This document shows, one piece after another, positions 11,973 through 23,498 of a stretch of 64,000 nt of DNA. How positions within the stretch are numbered: the first letter of the stretch is position 1; every line of letters begins with the position of its first letter. Below the pieces are notes generated by a model. That model did no database searches. It had not been told where the DNA came from and was given only the letters and a program-made list of their open reading frames with translations. A program made the position numbers and the translations under genes. Source of the stretch: Amphiscolops sp. MND2022 (lineage: Eukaryota); assembly GCA_964187785.1 (NCBI GenBank), contig OZ076412.1, forward strand, positions 74,338,001 through 74,402,000. The letters are read 5' to 3'.

Positions 11973-14253
11973 TTGAAACAGTCATCTGATGACGAACTCC
12001 AGACTGCCGCTGTTTTGTGTAGTACTGGCCTGCCGCCTGCCAATCTAAATGTCAAATTTGCCGGAAGCAATGAACAAGTTCAAGCGATGATTGATACGGG
12101 GTCCATGAGCTCTTTTATCAGCAAATCAACAGCTGCAAAACATGGTCTGAAGTTCCGCGCGAACTGCAAGGTGACTGTCTTGGCAAATGGCGACTCCCTG
12201 GTTACCTCAGGTAAGGCTCAAGCGAAAATTGAGGTAAACCAAAGGACCTACCAAGTTACCTTCACTGTCACGAAACACGTTGTTGCGGATGTTATTTTCG
12301 GGCTTGACGTTCTCCGACAACATATCTGTAAGACTTCAGCTAGGAAGTGATCAACCAGAGACTGTTTTATGCGCCTGGATTGATGAAATGGTTTTTCCGG
12401 AAATGAAATTTGCCCCTCCGACGATACTCTCCAGTTCAGTCTATAGTGCAAAACCGATCGCTACAAAATCGCGCTGCCACAAACCGCAAGACGTCGCCTT
12501 CATGGATTCCGAGGTTACCCGCATGCTCACTGAGGGCATTATTCAAGTTTCAACGTCTCCCTTTGAGCACAAGCCTTTGTCGTTAGGGACGGTCCCCAGC
12601 CACAGATGGTGATCGAGCCAAATCAAGACTCTGATGGATTTCCCTATTCGCGAAAACTCCTCCCAGTTGGAACGTCATCTTGGATTCTTTGCGTACAACG
12701 CAAAGTGGGTTGCAGGTAACTCGAATAAGGTGTTTTCTCTCCTCGCATCACAGAAACAACGGGCCTTTCCGCTCCATCCAGCTTCTCGACTGGCTATCGC
12801 AACTTTCAAGAAGGAAGTTGCCTCCGCTGTACTCTGGCTTCCCTGGTCAAATGAGGCCCTCGTTCTCCAAACGACGCGTCCGGAACCGGTATCGGAGCGA
12901 CACTCAGTCAGGGCGACAAACCTGTCGGCGTCTCGAGAACTTTGAAACAGCGAAAAGACGTACGTGGTTGTCGAACGGGAAGGTATATCTATCTTGGAAG
13001 GCTTTCGCCGTTTCTGGGACCTGCTAAGTGCGTCACGAGTTTTAGTTCGCACTGACTAAAGGTCGCTCTCTTTCATATTTGCACAACTCTTCCAGAGTGA
13101 AAAATGACAAGTTGATTCACTGGCGCTTAGAACTATCGAAATACAACTTCGCATTAAGTTATCTGAAGGGTTCTCAGAACGTGCCAGCTGACGCCCTGTC
13201 TGGTTTGGCGACCACACTGCTCAGCTATAAAACCTTACACGAGACACTTGCACATCCGGGAATGACCCGATTGTACGTGTACATTCAAAGACTCAAAGTC
13301 CCAATCTCCCTTGATGAGGTGAAAGGGTTACTGAGAACTGCAAAACGTCCGCTAAATGGAATTCGCACTTTTTGCTGCCGCACGTCAGCATTCTTATTCG
13401 GTCCTCCAAACCTTGGGAGCGACTATCAATTGACCTTGTTTGCACTTAATCAATGACTCGCAGCAAAAAGCCAATGACTTCTCACAGTGATGGACAGGTT
13501 TAGTAGGCTCCCGTTCACCTTCTTTCTCCGGAACTTCACGTCTAATAGCATCATCAAATGACTTTCGACACTTGTTGCCATCTTCGGAGCTCCCGGGTTC
13601 CTTCCCTCCGGAAGGGGCACACAGTTCGGGTCATCGGACTTCCATAACTTCTGCCGCAAAAATGGAATTGCGATCTCCAAAACTACGCCCTACCATACTC
13701 AAGCGAAAACGAACGCAACAACTGAATTTTGTGGAAGGCCTTTCAGTGCTTGTTACACTCCGCTAACCGTCTAACCCCACTCTCTGACTGGAAAACGTCC
13801 TACCATCAGCGCTCTTGTCGATCCGGACACTCTTCAATACCGTCACCAAAGAGTCCGCATGACCGCTTCTTTTGTTTCAAACGCGGTGAGCCGCTGATTT
13901 CTCACTCCAAGAGAGCACCTTTGCTCAAGGCAGACACACCCGCTTACCTCCGGAAACTCGTAAGGGCAAAAGACCAAGATGGGCGAGTTGACACGGTTTC
14001 TACCAGTGACCTCTCTCGACGACCGTCGGATATTGACAACGAAGGAACAATCTCGCAGCCAGACGATCAGTGCAGAGACAAGGAGACTAACGTAGACTCC
14101 GACATCAGAACCCTGTGTGAGCCACCTGAACATGTGGAACCAGTAAAGGAATCTCAAGCCAGTCCGAACTCCCCTGCTCCCACCTTGCGACGCTCGGCAT
14201 GGAACAGGAAACCGCCTACATACCTGGGCGATTTCGTGTTGGCGACAAACTAG
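11973..14253 (+). pseudogene. gypsy pol remnants (protease, partial RT, RNase H, integrase)
   Basis: Fragmented ORFs at 11973-12350, 12280-12612, 12634-12945, 13079-13456 and 13729-14253 (ends LRRSAWNRKPPTYLGDF). Confidence 0.85.
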
Positions 14254-14275
14254 AGACTTTCGAGGCGGGAAGGAG

Positions 14276-14427
14276 TGTTTTGAATGTAATATATATGTAG
14301 TTATCAATACAGGTATATAAATAATGTGGTTGTGTTATTTATGTTGGCCTACTTGTTGTATGTATGCTTCAGATGAATGCCCATCAAATAGAAACTTCCT
14401 ACAAGTAATGTTTTCCCTCACGAAATT
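14276..14427 (+). repeat. 3' LTR
   Basis: Directly follows the PPT and aligns to 10281-10428. Confidence 0.85.
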
Positions 14428-14677
14428 GCGTTTGAAAAAAATTGTTACATGTAGTTTTTGGTTTCTCAAACATGTATGGCATCGCGGTTTTTCAAAAAAA
14501 TGGTTTCTTCCACTCGACTGGGAGGCGACATTCAACCAAATAGAAAATTTTGATCGAAAATATTCATTGCGAATATTGTCGACTAGGAATTAGGTCGAAA
14601 TTGAAGGGGGGTATTTTTTCGGTCGACATGATTACGTCGAATGTTCAGAATTTTGCAAAGATGATCGAAAGTAAAAT

Positions 14678-14824
14678 GGGGGGTCATATACGGTGTATGC
14701 ACGCTCGCCTTCACCGTCGCAAAGACCAGCTCCCACTACGATCGCTTCGCGCTCCCCGTTCCCGCTAGGTCTTTGCTCCTGTTTGACCTCGCTTAGCAAG
14801 ATGGGATCATAAGCGGCCCCAAGG
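14678..14824 (-). repeat. GC-rich repeat of about 145 bp, inverted relative to 17324-17467
   Basis: Near-exact reverse complement of 17324-17467. Confidence 0.9.
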
Positions 14825-17130
14825 AAGAAGAAGAAGAAGAAGAAGAAGAGATCAATTAACTTTCGGGATGTGGCAGTACAAATGACTTTCTATCATTGGA
14901 CATTCCAGGACAAAATAAATCGTATAAATAGAATTGACACAAGGAAGGCAAGTGAGGATTGCAGGGTTATAAGATTTAATCGATGCGTGCAATAAAGCCA
15001 GCCAACGCGTTTATAACATGCTTGTTTTCACAATTTAGCAAAACAACTAGCGTTTCGTCAATGTTGTGATTTTGAAGCTCCTTAATGAAACTCCTTCGGT
15101 GTTCTTGGTATGAGACACAGGAAAATAAGAAATGTGCAGTATCATCGACAACTCTACAATAGGGACAAATATCGGTTTTGCTCTTTTTACATCTGAATAA
15201 TAACTTCGCGTACTTCAAAATCATTCATTAGAACACGTAGCGTTTTAACAGAAACTTTCCTACGGGAATGTTGCACATTTTCAAGATGCTGTTTCTTACT
15301 TCAAGCCCTGAGTTTTTTGAGTACACAAGACCATGCTTTATTTCTCGTTGCCATAAGTGCCTGCAACACTCTACCACCTCCTTCTTAAAAGTACTGACTG
15401 AGAATTGTCTAGCATATTGTATGTATATTGCCTTAATTTCATCGGGATCACGATTTACAAATGAAAGTTTTTGTACCAAAAAAATTCTCACCATATTAAT
15501 ATGTTGGGGTATGATTGCTAAATTACCTGCGTTTAGAATATCTGCACTTCTGGCAGTTGAATGAAGAAACAATAATACTTGATTAGTGTAGAGTAGAGAA
15601 GGAGGCCAAACATTACTTAAAACACTAACTACGTAATTCGATACTTGGTAGTTTCTTATCCCAAAGATAGATTTCTGAACACTCCACCACATCTTGTCCA
15701 GAGATGTCATATTTTGATGAAACCATATAGTCATACAGTACGTTACACCTGGTTTCACATATGAATCAAAAATACGTACAGCGTAAAATGGATTTAATCC
15801 TTGCGTTATGAGTATACTAGTTTCTTTCCAGTAATTAACCACCGAGGCAGAGATAATGGCAGCATGTGTTTTGAAACTCAAATCTCGCAAAAACCATAGG
15901 CCCAGTCTTTTATTTCTCTCAACAAATTTATAGTCGGACTGAAATGCTTCTTTTGAGAAATTTATTTGTTCAGTTTTGTCTTTATTCAGCACCTGCCTCC
16001 ATTTGTATGTTTAGTTTTCCGCCTTTTCTAAATATGTGCTTAAGTTTTCTTTGCTTGAAAGAGAAGTACTGTCAACTGCATACATATATGTTAAGTCCGC
16101 ATCTTGGAGCAAGCCCTTCATATAAAATATAAACAAAAGTGGTGACAGTACAGCTCCCTGAGGTAAACCATAAAGAGGGACAAATGACATGTTGATAAAA
16201 TCATTGACTTGGATACTGACTTTCTGATTCGATAAAAAAGATTTTATAGTAGCTAACATTGGACCATTTAAACCACTGTTTATAAGCTTGCTTATCAATA
16301 AAGTTTGATCTACGGAATCAAAAGCTTTCTCTAGATCATATACTGTTGCGATTGGTAAATTTTTCATTGCTAAGATATCATGATATAATTTGTATAAGTA
16401 GTGCAAAGTTGACTTGCCTGGCTGAAAATCAAATTGTTGCTCATCAATGTCGAGGATATCTGATGATCTTAGTCTTCTATCTATCTCTCGTTCATCTACT
16501 TTTCCTAAATGGGATGTAAGTGAAATAGGTCTATATGAAGATGGATTAGAATAATCAGTTTTGCCAGACTTTTTCAAGAATTTGACAATGGTTTTATCAA
16601 ATGGCCAATTCCCCATGAAGAATGCACTGTTTATCAAGTGCAAACATATCCTAATGGTGTTAAATTTGAATTTCTTTAATAGTTTAGGATGAAGGCCATA
16701 AGGTTCTACGCCCTTGTTGTTTGTCTTGATTTTCGTTATGGCTTGTTTAAGTTCATCCATTGTATTACGCATGTTTAGATCATTCTTGACCTACTCCTTG
16801 TAATAATCTCCAACGGTGTGAGCCAACTTCTCTTTCACTTCTACTTTTACTTGTTCATAAAAAGTGTCGTCAAATAGTTTACCAGTAAGGTGTGCACCAT
16901 CGAAGAAAATACGTTGAAAGAGCGCAGCTTTATGGCAATCCTTTTCTAGTGTCCTACCCTTGTGACAAAGTACTCCTATGTTATTTATGTCCATTGAACC
17001 ATTGAATTTGCGGAGATTATCGAAAAATGTTTAAGCGTTTCCCTTATTCATTTCCATGATGCCATTTTGCGTCCAACGGGTATTGTTCTTTTTCATTTCC
17101 TTTTTGAATTCGATTTTAGCCATTTCAACA
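14822..17130 (-). mobile_element. LINE A: 5'-truncated I/Jockey-group-like non-LTR retrotransposon with (CTT)n tail
   Basis: RT motifs YRPISLTSHLGK, DLEKAFDSV, LPQGAVLSPLLF, decayed YAVD; C-terminal CPYC..HFLFSC knuckle; (AAG)n at about 14821-14849 on the + strand. Confidence 0.88.
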
Positions 17131-17323
17131 ATGTTCTTGTTTTTCGGGGCGGTGGGCGTTTGGATCGAATGAATTTGCGCGAAAATGCAATCTGTCACTG
17201 AGATCGAAGTAAAATGGTCAAAAAAATGAGATCGAATCCATGTTTTCAAATACCTAGCGTTTTCAAATAACAATGTTTTTGGTCGTCGGATATGCCCCCC
17301 ATTTCCTCTAATGCCACGCGGCC

Positions 17324-17467
17324 CCTTGGGGCCGCTTATGTTCCCATCTTGCTAAGCGAGGTCGAACAGGAGCAAAGACCTAGCGGGAACGGAGATCGCG
17401 AAGCGATCGTAGTGGGAGCTGGTCCTTGCGACGGTGAGGGCGAGCGTGCATACACCGGATATGCCCC
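17324..17467 (+). repeat. GC-rich repeat with hairpin GCGGCCCC-TT-GGGGCCGC at its left edge (also at about 23692 and 30086)
   Basis: Reverse complement of 14678-14824; perfect 8-bp stem. Confidence 0.85.
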
Positions 17468-17844
17468 ACATATCATACGAAACGTTTCGTCAAATTATTT
17501 TAGCCTGAGACGTTTCGGCATTTTTTTTGCCGAAACGTCCGACGCCATGTTTTTGCCGAAACGTTCGGAATCCGACTGGGATAGTGGCTGGTATCAGTAG
17601 TTTGTTGGTTGTATTTTCTTGTTGCTACTTGTCTGTTGGGATAGTGGCTTGCACGGGGTTTCTTCTTTCGTTGCAGACCATGGTTGAGTGTCTTTTCCCA
17701 TCATCATGACTTACATGGCAATTAATTGTTGACGATGATTCATGATATCTCGGTGGTTTAATCTGTAGTCATATTCATAAATAACTATTAGTGCGGTTAT
17801 CGTTGATAAAGAAGTTATGGCGTTATTTTTCGTGAATTTTTCCG

Positions 17845-17953
17845 TCTTTTCAATGGCTCTTCAGATCGGCAATGCGGCCTATGTTCTAGGAACTGTGAGC
17901 GACAGAGATGCGTTCGAAGAAATTTTTTACATATAGCTTATATTAAAAAAAAA
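17845..17953 (+). mobile_element. 3' tip of the CRE-type LINE with poly(A) (also about 24213-24321 and 30607-30715)
   Basis: Matches 10222-10280; reads VLGTVSDRDAFEEIFYI-stop followed by an A-run. Confidence 0.75.
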
Positions 17954-19356
17954 CCTTTATATCATTGCAGCTTTAAAAAAAATTTCTACCGGTCGACTGC
18001 GATAGTGGCTGGTATGAGTTGTTTGTTGGTTGTTTCTTTTTGCTACTGGGATAGTCGCTGGTATGGGGTTCCCTACTCTCGTTGCAGACCACGGGTGTGT
18101 GTCTCCCCCCCCCCCCCAACATGGTGATGCACATGGCACTTGATTGATGACGAAGATCCATGATATCTGATAGAGGAAAAAAATTTCCGTCTTCGTAGAA
18201 TGATTCTTACTATATGGTGACTTTCCATAGCTCTGAATATTCATTGCTCCGAAATCAAAATCGAGTGTCATAAATTTTAATTATCTGCTTCGATTCTGAA
18301 TCGCAGTCCAAATGTTCTAATTTAAATAAAGGCGCTCCCGCAAATTCTTAACCTAAAATCACTGCGGCAACTAAAGGCATTGACAGTTCGGGGAATATGC
18401 AAAACAAACAACTTGTCAATATTTCGTCAACTTACGCGAATTTTAGGTGTGAAAATAATGTTGGAAATTCCGGAGCTATGGCAGTAGATTTTAAATTCGG
18501 AGCTAAGAATAGTCACCTTACTATATATCTGAGTACATTCTCAGGCTTATGAAGCGCGAGCTTCGTTCAAGAGGAGAGCAGGAATAACCAAAGCCAAGCC
18601 ATGCGCAGGCTTATTTCCAATCTTAATACGTTGGATTTCTTCAGACGTTATTCCCGAAACACTTTTAGACATTAACTTGAATTTAGTTTCTGTCGAAATG
18701 AAATTTGTTGTTTAACAATTGCAGGATGCTTTTGAGGAGAGCCATATACCCATAAAAAGTTTCAAGATTTTAATATTTAATGGGATAGGTTATCGAAGAA
18801 ATGGTGATGGTTTCTTTCAAAACTTCGCGTTCATACTTCGCGAACATAGTTTCATACCTCTTCGTCTCTTGTCAATCTTTTCGCACCAGTTATCAACGAA
18901 CTGTGAAGATAAATCCTGCACTAAACGGTGTCTACTGTGTTCTCTATCGTCAGGAACATACGCATTTGAAGCAGGTGCTTTTTTCGGCACTCTTCATCTC
19001 GGGTTCCTAAAGAGTTTCCAGTGGTCACTTGTATAGCTACTGCTGATGCGCCTGGAAAACCCGCTCCAGCAGACCTTATTCCCGAACTTTTCGTGACCCA
19101 CATCTTCCAATGGTTTTAATGTCGCTCAAATCAGGAAAAGGATTTATTCTGAATTGAAAAAATACGGCACTCATTTGCTATATACTTGTCTCGAGGCTTC
19201 CGTTAAGCGGGCTCACACCTTGAGAAGTCTTTTCTGAACATAGATATGTTACATGATGAATGAATTTTATTTTCTGTGTTATCGAAGTACGGATGAATTC
19301 AATTATTATATATAAAATCTAACTGTTGACTTACCCACAGTGACTTTGTTTTTCAG

Positions 19357-19776
19357 ATGATGGGTCCCGTTCCCATAGGTGGGTATCTTCCCACCATCAA
19401 CTGAAAGTAAGTTGCTTTGCATGTCTAAAAGTCCTGCTCCCTATTAGCAATGAATGCATAGGATAATTTCGATGGTTTAGATTATGAGCCTTGGATCATC
19501 AAGAAACTTTCCAAATTCAGCCATCAACGGCCCGGCAGCGCATTCTATAAATTCATCACAGTTTGGATCACACACATTCAATACTCAATATACGAACTCG
19601 AACCCGATGTCATTCGTCAATAATAGCGCTCAAGCAAACAATGGACATCTGTTTCCCCCAGGGGTAAGTGGTTCAGATTGTGCACATTAATTTTCATTCT
19701 ACTTCTTCATCTCATCAAAATTTTTCCGTTTCAGAACGCAACCTTCTCCCATATGTATAATCAAGCTCGAGATATG
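19357..19776 (+). other. Three-exon cassette, copy 1 (19357-19406, 19481-19663, 19735-19776); host gene unassigned
   Basis: TTTCAG/TTTAG acceptors, GTAAGT/GTAAGT/GTGAGT donors, introns of 74 and 71 nt. The spliced frame is open: DGSRSHRWVSSHHQLK-IMSLGSSRNF...LFPPG-NATFSHMYNQARDM. Confidence 0.7.
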
Positions 19777-19926
19777 GTGAGTCCATTTGTCTGCATTCAA
19801 TCGATCCATTTTCTTTAACATCTCAACATTGAAAAGTAAACGTCTTTCCATGTAATCAGGTTTCGACATAGCTTGTTTTTCACTTTTTGTAGCTGTTCTG
19901 ATTGGCTGAATTCCCGAAACTATTTA

Positions 19927-20100
19927 CAGTGGAATCCGCCTAATTCGTATCGCCAGGGACCGAATAAAATACTACGAATAACGAGAAATACCAATTAACA
20001 GGATGATTTTACTTTGGTCGTCCTGAAATGGGGGTCTCAAAGACGTACGAATTAAACGAAGATCCGAATTATCCGGATACGAATTAACCGGAGTTGACTG
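19927..20100. mobile_element. Tc1/mariner-type MITE, 174 bp (also 26293-26466 and 32685-32858)
   Basis: TA|CAGT...ACTG|TA ends with imperfect TIRs of about 25 bp (..TAATTCGTATC). Confidence 0.85.
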
Positions 20101-20662
20101 TATAATGTAGCTGTTGTGTCTTGAAAAGGGGCGCAGACGACAAGTTCAAGATTTTTGTGAATTAGCTGTTTACCGAATCAGCTGAGCGGAGAGCTTTTTT
20201 TCAGCGATGTTCAAGAGCTCACCAAACAATAGCTTGTTTCCAGAAAATTGTTTCAGCTAAACTGTGGTGGTGTGTAAGGAGAGACCATGTAAATTATCCC
20301 AAAAGCCATCAGAAATATTCCAAAAATATGTTATAACTCCATCCATAAACGACACACTTTTTGGTGGCCAGTCTTGTACCCTCAATACAAAAAACTATTT
20401 TTGGTTGGAAATCAATTATTGGAACCAACAAACTTACACCTGATTAGCAATTGCGAAATAAGTGGTTGATATCAGCGATGTCACAACTCTGGTATCAAAT
20501 AGTTAATTATTTACGGGCTATCGGTCGATCGTGGTATCGAAATTCAGCATGCACAATTGCGTGAACTCTACGCGAAAAGTCCAGTATTATTTGGATTCAA
20601 AATGATTTTGACCTTTTCATTGGCGCTCTGCTCTGCGTTTATAGAATTTCAAGTTACATATT

Positions 20663-22068
20663 TAGTAGTAGTAGTAGTAGTAGTAGTAGTAGAATAGACT
20701 TCAGGGCGTAGCCCTAGGAGGTTTCCACCTTTGATTGTCCGAGTTCTAATTCACCCGCAGTTTTTCAAAGATGTTGCAGTTTCCACATCTGCATAGGAGT
20801 CTCCATGTACATGTGTTTGTCTCATTGTTTTTCTTTCGAAAGAAGGTGTGGTGGATGTCAGTCAGTGTCGTTTTGTCAGGTTTTTGGTGGAAAGAGGGAC
20901 ATGCGCAGATAAGGTAGCTGTAGTCTTTTTGTGCGGGTGAAGAATTTGTCTTTTGGAGTCGAGCCTGGGCTAATGGTAGCTCTCCTCTTCGAAATTGCCT
21001 GGTTGAATCATATGCATGTGGTAAGGTTTCATTAAGTACTACGTCATACTTGTCATTGAGCATAGCCAGTAACATCAGGATGTCGTGCATTTCCATATAG
21101 AGACTGAGGGGGAGGAGCTTCAGTACTTTCATTCTTTGGTAATAGCTTTTTTCTGGTCCAAGATCCAACGAGTCGCCAAATTTTGAACTTTCTCTAGTGT
21201 TGCAGAGTTTGCTTTGTTTGCTTTGCCATGTCTGGAGGCATAGGTTAGTACGGGTCCTATGTCGCTTATTTGAAAAAAATTGACTTCGCATTGCTTTGGT
21301 TGCATGTCCGTTACTGTTTCCGTTCCAGGGAAAGTTGTTGCTGATCATGACTCCCAGGCCGCGTTGACTTTGAACAGTTGAGAGGGGCTTATTCAACAGG
21401 GTAGCGTTTTGTTCTCGCAGATTGAGAAGTGTCGAGATTTCTTGACTTTGGGCATCATTTTGTTTGCTTCCCACCAATTTTCTATATTTGTTGAATAATC
21501 CAGCTGACTTCGCTCTTTGGTAATGACTTTGAAATCATCTGCATAGCTAAAGCTATCAACTTCATTTAGTGATTCAGGGCGATCGTTTATGAACAGTAGG
21601 ACGAGGAGAGGACCCAATATAGACCCCTGCTGGACCTCCTAACCGCTTTTGGAGTAGTTACGCTCCTGTTGTCCTCGCTACGAACGTAATGTTTTCTATC
21701 AGTCAGGTGCAATTTTATATGGAAAACAGCTTTCCACCAAATCTATTTTTTTGGATCAGGATGTCTTGGGGGAGGGGTTGTATCGAAGGCTTTGGCAAAA
21801 TCGAGATATGAAACATCTAGCTGGTCTGTTTCTACCTTGTCATATAGAGTTCATATAATCGGTGTTTGAAAACTAACAATTGGACAGTCGCCTGTTTGCG
21901 GAAGCCAAATTGACTCGTGTAGTCTATCTCTGACATGCTTGTATATATCGTCGAATTTAACTTCTTCCAGTATTTTACAGCAGCAGGATTGTAAACTGAT
22001 GGATCTGTAGCAACTTACGTCATCCTTGTTGCCTTCTCTGAATATTGGTGTCACTTTACAGATTTTCG
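20663..22068 (-). mobile_element. LINE B (CR1/L2-group-like) 3' part with (CTA)10 tail, cut by the junction
   Basis: KVTPIFREG..YRSISL, GVQQGSILGPLL-like, YADDFK; (TAG)n at 20663-20692. Confidence 0.85.
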
Positions 22069-22081
22069 AAAATTGATCGGA

Positions 22082-23498
22082 TTGATGAAACCATATAGTC
22101 ATACAGTACGTTACACCTGGTTTCACATATGAATCAAAAATACGTACAGCGTAAAATGGATTTAATCCTTGCGTTATGAGTATACTAGTTTCTTTCCAGT
22201 AATTAACCACCGAGGCAGAGATAATGGCAGCATGTGTTTTGAAACTCAAATCTCGCAAAAACCATAGGCCCAGTCTTTTATTTCTCTCAACAAATTTATA
22301 GTCGGACTGAAATGCTTCTTTTGAGAAATTTATTTGTTCAGTTTTGTCTTTATTCAGCACCTGCCTCCATTTGTATGTTTAGTTTTCCGCCTTTTCTAAA
22401 TATGTGCTTAAGTTTTCTTTGCTTGAAAGAGAAGTACTGTCAACTGCATACATATATGTTAAGTCCGCATCTTGGAGCAAGCCCTTCATATAAAATATAA
22501 ACAAAAGTGGTGACAGTACAGCTCCCTGAGGTAAACCATAAAGAGGGACAAATGACATGTTGATAAAATCATTGACTTGGATACTGACTTTCTGATTCGA
22601 TAAAAAAGATTTTATAGTAGCTAACATTGGACCATTTAAACCACTGTTTATAAGCTTGCTTATCAATAAAGTTTGATCTACGGAATCAAAAGCTTTCTCT
22701 AGATCATATACTGTTGCGATTGGTAAATTTTTCATTGCTAAGATATCATGATATAATTTGTATAAGTAGTGCAAAGTTGACTTGCCTGGCTGAAAATCAA
22801 ATTGTTGCTCATCAATGTCGAGGATATCTGATGATCTTAGTCTTCTATCTATCTCTCGTTCATCTACTTTTCCTAAATGGGATGTAAGTGAAATAGGTCT
22901 ATATGAAGATGGATTAGAATAATCAGTTTTGCCAGACTTTTTCAAGAATTTGACAATGGTTTTATCAAATGGCCAATTCCCCATGAAGAATGCACTGTTT
23001 ATCAAGTGCAAACATATCCTAATGGTGTTAAATTTGAATTTCTTTAATAGTTTAGGATGAAGGCCATAAGGTTCTACGCCCTTGTTGTTTGTCTTGATTT
23101 TCGTTATGGCTTGTTTAAGTTCATCCATTGTATTACGCATGTTTAGATCATTCTTGACCTACTCCTTGTAATAATCTCCAACGGTGTGAGCCAACTTCTC
23201 TTTCACTTCTACTTTTACTTGTTCATAAAAAGTGTCGTCAAATAGTTTACCAGTAAGGTGTGCACCATCGAAGAAAATACGTTGAAAGAGCGCAGCTTTA
23301 TGGCAATCCTTTTCTAGTGTCCTACCCTTGTGACAAAGTACTCCTATGTTATTTATGTCCATTGAACCATTGAATTTGCGGAGATTATCGAAAAATGTTT
23401 AAGCGTTTCCCTTATTCATTTCCATGATGCCATTTTGCGTCCAACGGGTATTGTTCTTTTTCATTTCCTTTTTGAATTCGATTTTAGCCATTTCAACA
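22082..23498 (-). mobile_element. LINE A, 3'-truncated copy
   Basis: Same ORFs as 15714-17130. Confidence 0.85.

Larger units (their letters stand above)
10281..14427 (+). mobile_element. Decayed Ty3/gypsy LTR retrotransposon with both LTRs
   Basis: Direct repeats of about 150 bp starting TGTTTT; PPT GAGGCGGGAAGGAG at 14262-14275; gag, protease (MIDTGS), RNase H (WRLELSKY..NVPADALS) and integrase remnants; RT core missing. Confidence 0.92.
15714..22068. repeat. Tandem segmental repeat, copy 1 of 3
   Basis: Identical ORF series recurs at offsets of about 6368 and 12760. Confidence 0.97.

Noticed and set aside
17292-17600. 102-aa ORF repeated three times
   Set aside because: It lies on a GC-rich non-coding repeat, with no splice or homology support.
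20746-21477. 243-aa ORF as a host gene
   Set aside because: It is a frameshift mosaic of the LINE B 3' end (KVLKLLPLSLYMEMHD).
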